62,199 nt of DNA, filler included, from Globobulimina sp. (GCA_003354225.1; 27 parts of 27 records of this genome joined end to end with filler, not necessarily neighbours in it); one strand, 5' to 3'. Counted from the first letter of the whole stretch, positions 10,386 to 23,086 are shown. A program made the numbers and translations. The notes: generated from the letters alone by a model not told the origin.

Positions 10386-10844
10386 AATCACATCTAGTAA
10401 TTTCCGGAAATTTCATTTTAAAAACACTTAACAACATTAGATCTAAATCTAAGCCATCAAAATCGAAACGGAATTAATGCAATCAACGACATGAACTTTT
10501 AAAATTGATTGAATACACAAATCATAGCTATCACATTCTATTCTTATCATTGTATCAATAAATTGTTTGATGGTCATTTGGATGTAAGAATTTTCTGACT
10601 TAGTAATGGTTGTTTTTAACTATAACTTAAAACAAACGAATTTGTAACGTTGCTTTTGTTTTCGTTAAAACGTTTCTTCTGTTTTCGTAACTTTTCGTTG
10701 AATTCAAACTGATGACTAAAAATGTATAAATATCCTTGCACAATCTTAATAATTTTAAAAATGTATATATAAATATCCTTGTTATAACTAACAATATAAA
10801 TATGTATCAAATGGTAAAAAAAATTGATTGCTGATAGAAATGAG

Positions 10845-11445
10845 TCAATAAATACCAGGAATCAATTTGTTTGGTACTTTTCTTTTATATTGTTGATAAT
10901 AATGGTTGTGACTGCATTGGTTTTCCTCTTTGTTTGCTCTGTTTACTGTAAATCCTAAGGTCACAATCGAGATAAACATTGACAACTTATTGTGTTGATA
11001 TATCGCTACAAAAGCTTCAGAGATCCACTTTCCCAAATGATGCGGATGCCGAATCTATGCCAATTACACATTCATAGCACATGAACAATGCATTACAATT
11101 ATCAATGTCCAATTGTTTATTCAATGCATTGTTTATGTCCTATGCTCATACAATTGAATATGGTCCATTGTCATTCACTTCTTTTGTTAGTATATTATTT
11201 TCCAAATTGCTTTCATGTTTTGATGTTTCTGACTGTGCCCAAAGCATTAATAAATGACCAAATATAGCTATAAATATTGACGTTTTTTCGCGAATTGTTA
11301 AAGGTGCATTCAATGCGTTTTTATCATTGATTAATCGTTTTAAAAAAAAATACCATCTCAATGCTACAAAAAATAAAAATACGGCACTTCGTTTTAAAGA
11401 GGGAAAATGTTCATCTTCACGATGGTGAAATGGTCGCACTGCGTG
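10845..11445 (-). CDS. ICMT/PEMT-family membrane methyltransferase (5' partial; intron 11055-11151)
   Basis: Spliced product reads GPYSI|IRHPHHLG...EE...YQQYKRKVPNKLIPGIY. Confidence 0.75.
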
Positions 11446-11674
11446 NNNNNNNNNNNNNNNNNNNNNNNNNNNNNNNNNNNNNNNNNNNNTTAATTAATTA
11501 ANNNNNNNNNNNNNNNNNNNNNNNNNNNNNNNNNNNNNNNNNNNNGTTTACTACAATGTTGGTAAACATATTTAAGTGTAAATAATAAAATAGCAAAATA
11601 TATCACTACATTATATAATTGAGTTGACATCCTGTTTTTACTCCACTTCAGTTGTGAAATATTAGTGTTATATA

Positions 11675-13021
11675 ATGGCGTCAGTGTTGGAGGCCATTGA
11701 TTTTCTAATTGATGGGTTTGATTCTGATAATAAAATGCCTGATGATATAAAAGAAGACGAAAAACAACTTGTTGACACTGTATGTGGTGATATAATTTAT
11801 CCGTCTGCAACATTGGCAAACAGTATTTTGAAATATAGAAACAATATGTTTCACGGTGAAACTGCATTGCATTCAATCGATGCTGCTGTCGAAGTAAAAT
11901 TAATATTCACCAATGAGAGTGATAACGATTTATATCTGTATTGGATTAATTATGATGGAGATATTCGTACTCCTCCAAACTTAATCAAATCCAATGATAA
12001 ACACGTCACAAACTCATTTATCACACATCCATTCATTGTATCATTAAATAACAATTTGCAAAACTTCAAAGATATCATTGCTGTTTATATTCCTCGTAAT
12101 ATATCATATGCCGTTCATAATATTATCATCAACAAAACAGCAATGAAATTATTCAAATTAACATGTAAAGCAGCAACATTTGAAAAAGCACAGCGTACAG
12201 TTTGGACGCTACAATCGTATGAAAAATATGTAATGAAAGGATTTACAATTTATTTTGAAGTCGGATTAATGGATAAATATTGTGGTTTATGTCATGTTTT
12301 AAATGACGATTTGAATAAAATAAATAATTTAATACCATGCGCAGCATTGAAAATATTACAGTCAACACCGATATGGTTAAATGATAATTATTTATATTAT
12401 GATTATAAATTAGAAAGAAAAGATGGTGTCTCATATATCAAAGATGTGTACAAACCGAGAGAGTCAATGTGTTTCCATCCGGATATAAATTGGTTGATAG
12501 AACATGGCAATGTAAGTGCTAAAAGAGAGTGTGTTGAGATTTATCGAGTTAGGGATTGGGTGAAAGAGAGAGGATTTATGCCAATGGTATTATTGCATGA
12601 GTTGTCTCACGCATATCATTGGTATTTGGATTATGATCGTAAGGATGTATTAAAGGCATATAATTCAGTCAAAAATAGTGCAAATGGGTTGTATCGGAAT
12701 ATTGCATTTATTTTGGGCGGTAAGCGTGATGCGTATGCTTTAACCAATCAAATGGAATATTTTGCAGAATTAAGTGAATCGTATTTTGGTTTGAATGATT
12801 TTTATCCATTTAATAGAGATGAATTAGAACAATACGATGAAATGGGTTATCAGTTAATGCAAACTGTTTGGAATTTAAATGATAAACAAATTTGGTTAAA
12901 TCATAAACAGGCTTTGCAAAATAGGAGGAATGAAACAAAAGAAGAGAAACACAACGAAAAGGAGACACAAAATGAGACTGAGCGGTTAGAAACGGATATT
13001 TCTCGTATTGTGTCGGTATAA
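11675..13021 (+). CDS. VHL-beta domain plus zincin metallopeptidase
   Basis: IFTNESDNDLYLYWINYDG...NSFITHPFIV (VHL beta); VLLHELSHAYH and YALTNQMEYFAELSESYFGLNDFYPF (HExxH zincin). Confidence 0.8.
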   Translation: MASVLEAIDFLIDGFDSDNKMPDDIKEDEKQLVDTVCGDIIYPSATLANSILKYRNNMFHGETALHSIDAAVEVKLIFTNESDNDLYLYWINYDGDIRTPPNLIKSNDKHVTNSFITHPFIVSLNNNLQNFKDIIAVYIPRNISYAVHNIIINKTAMKLFKLTCKAATFEKAQRTVWTLQSYEKYVMKGFTIYFEVGLMDKYCGLCHVLNDDLNKINNLIPCAALKILQSTPIWLNDNYLYYDYKLERKDGVSYIKDVYKPRESMCFHPDINWLIEHGNVSAKRECVEIYRVRDWVKERGFMPMVLLHELSHAYHWYLDYDRKDVLKAYNSVKNSANGLYRNIAFILGGKRDAYALTNQMEYFAELSESYFGLNDFYPFNRDELEQYDEMGYQLMQTVWNLNDKQIWLNHKQALQNRRNETKEEKHNEKETQNETERLETDISRIVSV

Positions 13022-13110
13022 CATTTGACCAAAATTAATACTATTTTAACTTTTTAATATAAATATCAACTTGATTCAAAACAAGGTACAATTAAATTAT
13101 TCAATGCAAT

Positions 13111-13754
13111 TTAAAGATGAACATTAGACAATCCTAAGGTAGCCACTCTCAATTCATCATCAATATTTTGCATGTCATTATCACACTCATTGCCATCCAC
13201 TCCATCATTGTTCGCTTTCTTTTCTGTATTAATCCCAACATTGACAATATCCTCAAACTGGATACTTAGACCATTTTTAGCTTGATGTTGGAATACAATT
13301 TTACTCCATGTGTCTGCTGTCATTTTACTAACACTCGCTCTCTTTACATAGCATAAATTATCCACAACACATTCATCCATAATTGCATTGGTTATGCTAT
13401 ATCGCAGCAACTGATTAGGCTTAAAATTATATTTCTTAATCTCGAGCTCTTCCGTCGACATCACACCTAACACAATATCACTTTCGTGGGTGGTAATCGT
13501 CCCATTCCTTTGCAATTGTAATGTAACAAATTGCAACAACTTATTTTTATTTTGTCTGTTTGACGTATCAACAAACCATCGACTTATTTTACTATCTTTC
13601 CATATTAAAATCAGAGGACATGACAATGCATTCACATAACTCCCCTTCTTATGGTAAAATATCAAGCCATCCGGCTGTACCCTATACCATTTATTATCAA
13701 CTTTTTCCTTTTTCTCCTCCTTGTTTGCATTTTGATTGTTCAATAAAGAGCCGC
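13111..13754 (-). CDS. Hypothetical protein (5' partial)
   Basis: Open >210-aa frame running off the contig; no recognised motif. Confidence 0.55.
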
Positions 13755-13854
13755 NNNNNNNNNNNNNNNNNNNNNNNNNNNNNNNNNNNNNNNNNNNNTT
13801 AATTAATTAANNNNNNNNNNNNNNNNNNNNNNNNNNNNNNNNNNNNNNNNNNNN

Positions 13855-14722
13855 AATTGACTAAATTGCACATATCCCCCATATGCCCCATATGCATTCC
13901 TTTGATAATTAAATTTCGCCTCGACCGCTTACTGCGCGTTTTATAGCACATTCCTGTTAATTGACTGTTGAACAAATGCCTATCATTCAAGAAACCCGTT
14001 GGATGCGATATAAATCCTAACGAGATATTATTATACGAATAATTGTCATTTTCTTGTTTGATGATTAAATATTTTAAATCCTCATTGATTTCCGATGGAG
14101 TTAAACCAAATTTATATTTTGCAAAATCGATATTTTTCCTCCTCTCGATATTGGCCATGGAATAGGAATAATGTGATTTTGCTCGATTGCGTGTGATGCG
14201 ACGCGATGAGATATGGTTTATGCTATCCACGCTGTCATCAAATACAGATTTGATTTCATTTTTTAGGTCTTGCATTTTCATGCAACTGCCTCCCTTCTTT
14301 GATCCTTGCAATTGCATTTTTTCTTTGATTTTTTGCAATTCTTTGACGATTTTCTTGGTCAATAATCTGCTTTGTTGTTGTTTTTCTTTTACGATTTGAG
14401 ATTGTTTCTCTTTTGCTCTCTCTCTCAATTTACATAGTTTATGTTTCAATTCTTTTTGAATAAAATTTATCTCTGAATCACGTTTGAGTTTATATTTTAA
14501 TAAAATGTTATTTAATTCTTTTGATTTTCCACTTTGAATGGATCTTATTTTTTTGTTGCATTTTTTTATTTTCTGGAAATGTTTGAATGGAATTAATGAT
14601 ATTTGCAATTGTTTTGATGATACTGTTTTGTTTGCATTTTTATTTTTATATCCATTCGAATTTATTAATGACGGATATTGTGAATCCTCGATATCTTTAT
14701 TAAATTGCTGGCCATAAAACAT
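13855..14722 (-). CDS. Coiled-coil protein, possibly Sds3-like (3' partial)
   Basis: Long K/E/Q coiled coil followed by RRITRNR...GLTPSEINEDLKYL, resembling the Sds3/BRMS1 C-terminal motif. Confidence 0.45.
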
Positions 14723-14954
14723 AATCTATCATAAAGTTCAATAAAGCGAACAGAATGTTTAATAGCAAGAAGGTTAAGATTGAAGCAGAAGTTTCCGGAA
14801 ACTCTAGCCGGTGGCAAATATGTTATTTAGTATTCTTGCTGAAACTGCTGAAATTTTCAAAAAACTTCTTGAACCGTACAAAGGTAAAAAAATATAGGTT
14901 TAACCAATCGTTAAAACTCATCGTTAACGTACATAATACTTCAAGTTGCATGCA

Positions 14955-16062
14955 TCAGTAACAAGAGTCATAATGAACATGTTTATTGTAATGCTGTTCG
15001 AATAGATAGGATATATTACATTGTTGTGGAATGTCAAAAGGAAAACAAATATAATCAATCCAATATATTTTGCAAATATTTTCAATATCATTATCACTTA
15101 ATTCTGCTCTGTCGATATTAAATTTTTTAGTTTGCTTAGTTGCATAATTATTATTTCTCCGATCCCTCCCTTGCAAAAACATAGTATTTATTAATAAACT
15201 GGCATTATTCAATAATGCATCATCCACAAGAAAGGAATTCAAAATCTGTGCAATATCTTGCTTCAAATGATACAAATCTCCAATAAACTGAAAAGGGATC
15301 ACTTTCCTCAAAAAGAGTACATTTGGCTTAGCATGGGCATTAATAAAATTTGGCCATGGTCTCACCAATGATGGTGACATGTCCTTCAACCATGCTCTCA
15401 TAGATTCAATTCCTGTTTTTCTGTTATATTTTGTAAAATTGCTTCTTCTGTTTGCTTCATAAAAGGCGGATAGAAATTTGTCAATTGGATCTTACATATA
15501 ATATAAATATAATATTCATAGTGAGGGATCAGTACAAATGTAAATGTATACGGTATACCTCTGACAAATGAAAACATCATTGTTTTATCATCAATAAAAT
15601 TTAAAAATTGGGAAATTGGTAAATGGCTTAAATCCGGATTATCGTAAGGCTGACTCTTAGAAATATTATATGGGGTTAAACTAATTAATTTATTGGATTT
15701 GAGTAATCTCAGTAAGCCCAGTCGCATTGTGGTACCACCTGCTTTCCAAACGTGCAAATATCCGAGTTCTTTGCTAAAAAATCCTCCACCAACGACTCCA
15801 TTGCCTTTCACATTTTGTTCAAAAATGCAACGAAAATAATATGGCGCCCAATTATGATCCGCAGGCACGATATTCAACATTTTGTGTGTCGAATTTTCAC
15901 ATTTTGGTGGCAACCTCACCCGCTGTTGTACCAATGATAAGCTTTTAATTGTTTTAGATGTTGAATCATTGAAATGATTGAAATCATATTTTTTGGTGGG
16001 AATAGATGATCGATATCCAAATGAATTCAATATACTATTTTCTGACAATTGATTTATAGCCA
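14955..16062 (-). CDS. Sulfotransferase family protein (5' partial; intron 15491-15558)
   Basis: YLHVWKAGGTT (5'-PSB); splicing restores FSFVRDPIDKFLSAFYE (3'-PB) and joins the two ORFs. Confidence 0.85.
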
Positions 16063-16515
16063 NNNNNNNNNNNNNNNNNNNNNNNNNNNNNNNNNNNNNN
16101 NNNNNNTTAATTAATTAANNNNNNNNNNNNNNNNNNNNNNNNNNNNNNNNNNNNNNNNNNNNAATGAAAATAATCGCATCCGGTTCTGTCTGGTTTCCAA
16201 GAAATAGATATGTGGTGATACAAAATGATGGTTGTGTCATAAATGGGTATAATCAGAAGTGGAGAATGCAAAGACAAGAGCTGTATACTCCGGAGCCATT
16301 CAAACATGATAAAATTAGAGTGTATGACTCTGACTTAGATTTAGATTTAGAAGAATTTAGATTTAGATGATTCGGACAATTTAGATTTAGAATTTTAATA
16401 TTTGAATTGTACATATTGGGTCTTTTAATATATTTATATTTAATTTTATACTAATTTCTGGGCATTGAGTTTTTGATTTTAATTTGTAGCTTGTTGTTAA
16501 AACTCTAATTAAATC

Positions 16516-17670
16516 ATGGGTTCATCAAATAGCTGCGCAGATAATTCTGATACCAATAAAAATGAAGTATTACAATGGGCCTTTCAGTTCGCATTCATTA
16601 TAACATTCATTATACTATTCATGTATATTAGAAAACGCTTAAATTTGCCACTCAAATCATTTGGTGCTGTTAGATTCCTATTTCTACAGTCTATGGGTGT
16701 TGGTAATGCATTAACATCCATATCTGTGACATACTTTGTTCAGAGTCAATATCATTTCTGTAATGCATCAGAATCAGATAACGTTTTATTAAATATATGG
16801 TTATCATTTAATATTTTAATATTAATCATATTGTTATCTGTAATTTATTGCGAATTACAAATGGAGAAAAACAATAAAATACCTCAATGCATTCTGATTC
16901 CATATACAAACAATGATTGTTGTTGTTGTGATGGATGTAATCAACGCGTTTCCTCTTCAAAATTAGCTGCAAAATCGGACATATTAAAAAAATGGAATTG
17001 GTCAAGACGGCTATATTCATTGTTATTAACTTATATTATATTTGGACTGAGTATATTTTTTACTCCTTTTTATCAACTACAAAATGCGGATAATTTGTGC
17101 GTTTGTACAGCGCAGTTTGACTTGATATTGATTGGTTTTGTATTATCATTTCTAACAATTCCTGCTCTCATCTTGCTAACATTAACATGGTTTGGATGGT
17201 GTTGCTGTAAATATCTTTGTAAACATAATTGTTGTACAGCTTTCTGGGTTGGTTTTTATCGACTTATTGCCTACTCCGCTGCAATTATATTCCCATCGAT
17301 ATTTGTGTTACTTCGACTATCTCAATGGGCACAGCACAAATTCTTCAGGTGGACTGTCACTAATATTTATATTGTGTTGTATGTCGCTGTTGGTTTCATC
17401 GGAATTGTTATCGGAATTGTCGTTTTTTTAAAAGGCCACAACTCCAAAAATATAACAGTCGAAAAAGAAAGTAATAACAATGTAAGCAGACGAGTATCAA
17501 AAGAGAAAGAGATTGAATTACAAGTGATTTCTACTCAAGTATTGGAATTATATGATATCGATGGTGATAATTATAAATGGGAATGTACTTCGTGTACTTA
17601 CAACAACAGTAACATGGTGACTTTGTGTGGCATTTGTGGCGCAACCAAAGTAGTTGTTATTCACCTGTGA
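16516..17670 (+). CDS. Multi-pass membrane protein with C-terminal RanBP2-type zinc finger
   Basis: About 7 hydrophobic segments; WECTSCTYNN....LCGICGA. Confidence 0.75.
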   Translation: MGSSNSCADNSDTNKNEVLQWAFQFAFIITFIILFMYIRKRLNLPLKSFGAVRFLFLQSMGVGNALTSISVTYFVQSQYHFCNASESDNVLLNIWLSFNILILIILLSVIYCELQMEKNNKIPQCILIPYTNNDCCCCDGCNQRVSSSKLAAKSDILKKWNWSRRLYSLLLTYIIFGLSIFFTPFYQLQNADNLCVCTAQFDLILIGFVLSFLTIPALILLTLTWFGWCCCKYLCKHNCCTAFWVGFYRLIAYSAAIIFPSIFVLLRLSQWAQHKFFRWTVTNIYIVLYVAVGFIGIVIGIVVFLKGHNSKNITVEKESNNNVSRRVSKEKEIELQVISTQVLELYDIDGDNYKWECTSCTYNNSNMVTLCGICGATKVVVIHL

Positions 17671-17907
17671 TTTAGCTATAGTTTGATTGTGTGTACGTTT
17701 AATTATTTTTAGGGTTTCTGTTTGTGTCTAATAATCTGTTTGTTGATCATGATTGTTGGACTTAATTGGGACTGTTGACTTGTTGTTGTTGCTGACATGC
17801 TTAGCTAGTCAAACACTTTAACTTTGATTATTGTCATCATGTTGGCTATTAAATGTTTCTTTTATGGAATAACTATTATTTGTGTGGTATTTGCCATTTT
17901 TAAAAGC

Positions 17908-18370
17908 ATGCGCAAGTTGGATGTAATATGGGTGAGTATTTTTATTTTGCATCATCCAAATACTTATGATTTTCAACAGATATTATATTACGGATTATCG
18001 GCTCATGCATTTGATGGTGATTCAAACTATGATGCATCAAATAATCCAATGTTTAAATTACGAAAAGTTTGTAAATCCGTACTGTCACAAAATAAATCCA
18101 TCCTTGATATGGATGTAAAAAGATTACTGATTGAAATTGCATATCCAAATAGGCCAAGAATCATTAGTAACAAAGTATTATTTTGTTTGTTAAATGATTG
18201 TAAGTTATTAAATAATTCTATTATGCAATATATTATCACATCACTTGATAGATTGTCATATTTTATACAAACAAATTGCATCCAAGCGGTTAGAAGACAC
18301 AGTAATGAGTTAAATGAGATGGTTGCAGTGATTGGAGGTTCCTCATCGGGATTAATTACTGCCTTATCTG
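17908..18370 (+). CDS. Probable FAD/NAD-binding oxidoreductase N-terminus (3' partial)
   Basis: Ends in VAVIGGSSSGLITALS, a Rossmann-like motif; likely in-frame intron starting gtgagt at ~17932. Confidence 0.45.
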
Positions 18371-18949
18371 NNNNNNNNNNNNNNNNNNNNNNNNNNNNNN
18401 NNNNNNNNNNNNNNTTAATTAATTAANNNNNNNNNNNNNNNNNNNNNNNNNNNNNNNNNNNNNNNNNNNNAGTTCCTAGGTGATGGGAGAACTGATTTCT
18501 AACGTTTGTTTGACAAAAATTGGTTTAACGTCGATGCTTTAAAAAGATTTCAAAAAGTTTCAAAAAGATTTAAAAAGTTTAAAAACAAAATTAAACAAAT
18601 GAAGTGTTGACCAGCGCCAAAACTTCACAACTGTGTGCGTCGTTGTTTATGTGGCCTTTGATTTTGCACAATAAACTGTGAAATATATGGTGATTGAGAC
18701 TTGGAATTGGATTTTTTATTTGTTTGCTTGATTTTGAATACGCCGGCTTGTTTTGATGCAGCCTTTTTTTTGTTTTCTTAACGCGAAACATCGATAATGC
18801 ACAAAAATAGAGTGGTTCTACAAAAATAAAACATGCATTAACAGACACGGCGTCTTATACATTATATGGCTGTGTTATATCAGTTGTATATGAATAGTAT
18901 TATTAGTATATAATGAATGAAATGTCGTGTCTATTGATGCAGTCTCTTG

Positions 18950-19210
18950 TGAATGCATGATACAGATTGGCAGTGTTTTGTTGTGAGTGATCTATGAATG
19001 CATGATAGGGAATGTTCTAGTATTACGTAATTAGAATTGATACCTAGGACCTAGGTGTCATCAATTACAATTTATTACAATTGATATTTGAGTGACTAAT
19101 TACAATTTATTACAATTAACGACATCTAGGTCCTAGGTATCAATTCCAATTACGTAATACTAGAACATTCCCATACAGATTGGCAGTGTTTTGTTGTGTG
19201 ATCTATGAAT
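18950..19210. repeat. Tandem ~46-bp duplication, second copy interrupted by a MITE
   Basis: tgaatgcatgatacagattggcagtgttttgttgtg(a)gtgatcta is intact once and split at ATA in the second copy. Confidence 0.9.
19008..19172. mobile_element. MITE A, 165 bp, 52-bp TIRs, 3-bp TSD ATA
   Basis: GGGAATGTTCTAGTATTACG... termini with 2 mismatches in 52 bp; the empty site is present in the adjacent repeat copy. Confidence 0.92.
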
Positions 19211-19279
19211 GGTTTTCAGCTTGGTTACATATTCTGTGCATATTCTTCTATTTTAGTATTCTTGATCGGAGAGCCCTAA

Positions 19280-19433
19280 GGGGTTGTTCTTAATTTATTT
19301 TTTCGCAATATAAATTTGGACCTAGGACCTAGGTATCCTTAATTGCAATAAATTGCAATAACTCAATAAATTGCAATAACCATATACCTAGGCCCTAGGT
19401 CCAAAGTATATTGCGCAATATAAGAACAACCCC
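19280..19433. mobile_element. MITE B, ~154 bp, related to MITE A
   Basis: GGGGTTGTTCTTA...TAAGAACAACCCC termini, flanked by cTAA/TTAg; shares ACCTAGG.CCTAGGT subterminal motifs with MITE A. Confidence 0.85.
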
Positions 19434-19455
19434 TTAGAAGACTTAGAAGCTAAAA

Positions 19456-20211
19456 ATGAAAAGTATCAAATATATGAATGACATCACATTCTTTAGGAAT
19501 ACTTTGCATAAAAACAAAACATTGTATCCTCAATCTCGCCATATTCAATCAATTTCAACATTTGCATGCAAACGATACAATTTGAATCAATTGTCATCAT
19601 ATAATTATAACAAGTATATTTATAATGCACATCGGAATGAGTCAACAACGCAACAATCATCAAATATTGATCAAGTATTATTGTCAAAACAAGAGGATCC
19701 CTTAGTTTTGAAACAAAAAGAAGAATTATTGCGTGCATTTGCCAGTCAATTAAGTAAAGGACTCAAACGATTTGAAACATCGAGGAAAATGCATCTAAAA
19801 AACTTATTAAAAACAATTTATGGATGCACTACGATTGAAATAAAACAATATTGCGCAATGTTTGGAATCCACGAACAAATATCGGTGAAGGATGTTCCTC
19901 CTTTATTTTGGGCAGGTATTCAGTTTGTAATTATCAAGAGAAATTTCCTGAAATATACCTAATATACAGTATTGATATTGCATTTGAACAGAGTTCCTCG
20001 GTTTGGAGCAGAGAATCTATTGATTGAAGCACAGAGTATAAGGAGCATGATAGAAAGGAAAACATGGAGAGGACTAAGACATGTGCAGGCATTGCCTGTA
20101 CGCACAAAACGATCGCGCAAACACAAAACACAAAGGAAATTAGGCCCGGTCAGAGCTAAGAGATTGGGATTCTTGTGTATTAGAGAAAAACCACAAACAC
20201 AAAATAAATAA
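19456..20211 (+). CDS. rps13: Nuclear-encoded mitochondrial ribosomal protein uS13 (intron 19916-19969)
   Basis: LKTIYGC...YCAMFGI and TWRGLRHVQALPVRTKRSRK match uS13; long basic/hydroxylated N-terminal extension resembles a transit peptide. Confidence 0.8.
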
Positions 20212-20778
20212 TAAATATTTTGATTTTATATAATTTCAAGCTTCCCTCTTGTTTCTCATTTCTCATTTCTCATTTGTGATGTTTGTAATTACATTGATTG
20301 ACAATTTGACAGCCCACGTTTGTTTGACACTGTCTTCGGTTAGCACCAGTACGCGTGTTTTATATGCCACCGGTGTTGAGGGATATTCATGTCATCCATA
20401 GACAGGATATAGATTCAACAATTGATTTAATTTATCATTGCACTGTCTTCTCGTGTATGAGAATGAGATCCCAAATAAAACAAATTCGTTTGTTGGTGCA
20501 AGGATTAAAAATCATATGATTTGGAAGGAATGATCCTAAATGGGTTTGACCCCTTGTTTTAATTATAAAATAAAACATTCGCAACGTTAACGAAATTAGG
20601 ATATGTTTGTTTTTTTTTGGTATTTGTTTGTATCATTAATTAAATTTGTCAGATAAATAAATAATACCCGACCATCATNNNNNNNNNNNNNNNNNNNNNN
20701 NNNNNNNNNNNNNNNNNNNNNNTTAATTAATTAANNNNNNNNNNNNNNNNNNNNNNNNNNNNNNNNNNNNNNNNNNNN

Positions 20779-22074
20779 ATTCACTGTAATCACATTCATG
20801 TTGCATTTGTAGATTGCAATTGAGTTAAATACATTTAATGCATCATCAATATGACCGAAATGTGAATAAAAATCAATGATTGCTGTTCTTGCGACCATAT
20901 TTGAATCATTATTATTATTCTTATTCAATTTTATTTCAATTGCTTTACATTTTGCAAAATCGTTTAAATTTGTAAATGCTTTCAACGCCAATAAATGCGA
21001 AACTTCATCGTTTAAATATTTATATTTATCATATAATTGTACACACTCTTCATTCAATTCATTCTTAATATATTGTGTCATCATTGTATTAATACAAACA
21101 CTGTCCATTTCGTCGTTTGTTATTGTTTTAAATATATTTATTGCATTCAAAATGTCAGCAAAATCACCATAAAAATCAATGATGGCAGTTTTAAGTTTAA
21201 CACTATGTATATTTCCGAGTTGAGAATGGATTAATTTTCCATTATTAATATTTTCTGAACACGATTGAAGCCCTAAAATATGAATAATATCATCATAATC
21301 ATGCATCGACTTATATTTATTGTATAATTCGAATGCTTTCTGATGTTTTTTGTTTGAAATTAATGCTTTCATCATAGAACTAATCAAAATAATATCTTTT
21401 TCATTATCATCAATGGAGTTAAATACATTTAATCCGCTTTCAATTAAATTAAGTTTTGCAAATTGATGAATAAACTCCGTTTTAATAAAAACGTTTTCAT
21501 TTGGCAACATTTGATGCAATTCAATCAATAAAGGAATTTTATTTTTATTTCCACATTTTTTAATTAATTTAGTGATATTTATTGAATGGTCTTTAATTTC
21601 ATTTTCATTTTTTATTTGATAATTATTATAATTCATCCATTTTAATGTTAGAATTGCTTTTTTAATCTCATTTGATTCAACGCAACATTTAAATAATAAT
21701 GGAAAGGTTATTATTACTCCATCATTTTTGTTGTGTTTTGTAAATCTAACAATCTCGTTCCAAATCAATAATACATTTTGTGGATGTTTAAAACGTAAAA
21801 ATAATTTTAACATTATATTGATAAGAGTATGCTTTCTTTTTTCATCACTTTTATGGTAAATTTTTAATGCCTTTTCAACTATTTCTTTGTTTTCATTATC
21901 TGAAACTGACTTGTTTACAAATAATTGTTTTAACTGATTTGTTGCAATGCTATTACGGGTAGACACAGAATATTGATTTGATGCCAAATGAAAGTATCTG
22001 CTAAAATGTCTAACAATAAAGCACGTGCTGTACTTTCCTTGCAATTGAAATACAGTGTCAGCAATTGGACGCAT
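20779..22074 (-). CDS. Pentatricopeptide-repeat protein with mitochondrial-type presequence (3' partial)
   Basis: Repeated TAIIDFY...D+.NA+N+F.SI and SSMMKAL/NTMMTQY motifs. Confidence 0.85.
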
Positions 22075-22246
22075 TATCTACTCTTCAACATTGTGCATAA
22101 TTATATATTATGCTTCATTGAGTTCATTCATTCCAAATCAAGTGTATCGTGGATCCGTGGACTTAGTGTTTCTAAATAAAGTTTTAGACGCAAAGCTCAC
22201 AGTCAATAAAATATGATACTATACCAATAATATAAAGAGAAAAAAT

Positions 22247-22986
22247 TTACACGTCATTATCTTTTTGATCATCAACCTTAATTTTCCTTTTGCTTCTTAA
22301 TTTTTTTTTGGATTTAGCACGTTTCGCTTTCTTTGCCAACTTTTGCACCGGCGCTTGTAACAAATGTCTTTCGCAGGCGTCTTGCCGCGCGATTGCTTCC
22401 CTTGTACTTTGCGACTGGTCATCCACAACAATGCGAACTAAAAATATCACCAACAATAAAAATAAAACCGCACAAAAAAAGAAAACAGTTTTCAATACAT
22501 CCGTATTGAAATTATACTCATCAAACAAATCCAGCAATATATTACTAATCAAATCCGTTCTAAATGTCAATATCGCTAAATTACTAAAAACAGCAATAAT
22601 ATTAAAACATGACAGCACCGATTTCCATACACCTAATCCAGCTGCGGCCGACGGAACCGGTCGTTTGGCATTTAATAAATTATACGAATCCACTCGAAGC
22701 TCAATATAATTGTTCAATGTCGCTAAAAATGGCATCAATGGGAATATTATCACAAATAACATAATATAGCCATGCAACACCACAATCTCTGCCGTATTAT
22801 CCAACACATCCGGCGACGGCCCCAATTGTATCTGCTCCTCAATATCTTTCATAATCATACTTGGCTTCACCTCTTCATCCATCACTATATGCTCTACGCC
22901 ACCCACACCGACGCCAACTATATATCACACACCGCAAAAGTCTGCAAATCCACAATTCGGAAACAAAAACAGACCATAGACACCTT
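22247..22986 (-). CDS. Anoctamin/TMEM16 C-terminal part (5' partial)
   Basis: AEIVVLHGYIMLFVIIFPLMPFLATLNNYIELRVDS...RPVP.AAAGLGVW. Confidence 0.9.
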
Positions 22987-23086
22987 NNNNNNNNNNNNNN
23001 NNNNNNNNNNNNNNNNNNNNNNNNNNNNNNTTAATTAATTAANNNNNNNNNNNNNNNNNNNNNNNNNNNNNNNNNNNNNNNNNNNN

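Noticed and set aside
16335-16392. TTAGAT-like tandem repeats resembling telomeric sequence
   Set aside because: Short, degenerate, internal and overlapping an ORF end (DLDLDL); a simple microsatellite.
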